Below, one piece after another: positions 63,135 through 64,000 of a DNA stretch of 64,000 nt (position 1 is its first letter; the number at the start of each line of letters is the position of its first letter). The stretch comes from Phoronis australis (Eukaryota > Animalia > Phoronida). The translations under genes and the position numbers were made by a program. Under the pieces are notes generated by a model. The model saw nothing but the letters and a program-made list of their open reading frames with translations, did not search any database and was not told the origin of the DNA. The stretch lies in the NCBI GenBank assembly GCA_002633005.1, contig NMRA01000177.1, forward strand, positions 186,001 through 250,000, written 5' to 3'.

Positions 63135-63839
63135 CATGGGCGCACACAGGGGAGGGGGCTCGGAGGGCTCGAACGAGCCCCCCCCCATTCGGCGAATCCA
63201 CAATTCATAGCTCTGAGCGTACCTCGTGAATCTTAGTAAAGGTCCACATTCTCAAAAATCGAGCCCCCTCATTTTTTGGCCGTATGCGCGCGTGTGTATT
63301 TGTTTGCATAGCACTGAGTTAGACATGTACGATTTGACGCACAATAGCGAGGCTTCCATTTGCAAAAACAGTCTCAATTCGTTGTCAGTAATAAGACTAT
63401 TCAGTTTCACTCATATGCAATATAATGTTTAGCGCCAATCTAGTTGTTGCACGCCGGGGTTACTTCAAGGCATGACTCAAGATAACAACGATAGTGTATA
63501 ACGCAATATACTCACCAGATGTCACTCTCACACCCACGCTTGCCGAAGTAGCCCGGCTTGGTTCCCAACCAAAACGTGTCTTTTCCGCTCAAATTTCCTA
63601 CAAAAGCATGCGCGCACCCAGCCTTCAATATGGGGGGCTCGAACTCCTGACGTTGTGGACCTTTTGCGAACAAAAGAGCGGGCGGACTAAAAAAAAAACG
63701 GAAGCACCTCTGTGAATTGCGCGTTTGCGCTTATTCAGTGAACTTTTTCTGTCTCTCAAGGGCGGACCTTTTTGCCCACTTCGCCAAATGGGGGCTCATT
63801 CGAGCCCCCCGAGACCCCCCCCCCCTGGGTGTGCGTATG
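63135..63839. mobile_element. GC-rich-ended MITE (hAT-like)
   Basis: About 45-bp imperfect TIRs CATGGGCGCACACAGGGG...GGGCTCGAACGAGCCCC, with internal CGAGCCCCC/GGGGGCTCG repeats. Confidence 0.6.
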
Positions 63840-64000
63840 AAAAGGGTTTCCTGTTTGGCAGTGTTTGAGCTCTAAAAAGGTCCAACAGACAGCTCTACGA
63901 AATGGTTTCATATTTTGTTCAAGTTTGTTGGGCGAAAAACGATGAAACGTAAAAAGGATGTTTACTCAAATTCAATTCGATAGATAAAAGTTTTTCAAAA

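Overview
AT-rich, intron-rich animal DNA, most likely from a marine invertebrate; the species cannot be determined from sequence alone. Four host genes were reconstructed by hand from GT-AG splice sites. They are a SERINC (serine incorporator, SERINC5-like) gene on the minus strand running off the left edge, TTI2 on the plus strand (24127-25692), a complete 13-exon SNX27 on the minus strand (32181-57835), and the first two coding exons of a secreted protein with a bacterial-type 'EASGLAASRKHP..LY...DSG' motif at the right edge. The standout feature is a 10.2-kb Kolobok-type DNA transposon (11245-21463, TTAA target duplication, about 200-bp imperfect TIRs) in the 5' intron of the SERINC gene. 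It carries two convergent spliced genes: a 10-exon THAP+DDE transposase disabled by exactly two lesions, and an intact 3-exon, 212-aa KolX gene homologous to the Zn/GDP-binding cytoplasmic 'ballast' of vertebrate P2X7. A second, internally deleted Kolobok of a different family lies at 172-1135. A 930-bp fold-back element with a perfect 9-bp TSD sits in the SERINC/TTI2 divergent promoter region. Introns hold many MITEs, a tRNA-derived SINE, a LINE 3' end, hammerhead-like Penelope remnants and tandem repeats anchored on splice donors. All exon coordinates were read manually and may be off by a few bases. Family assignments come from recalled motifs, not from database searches.
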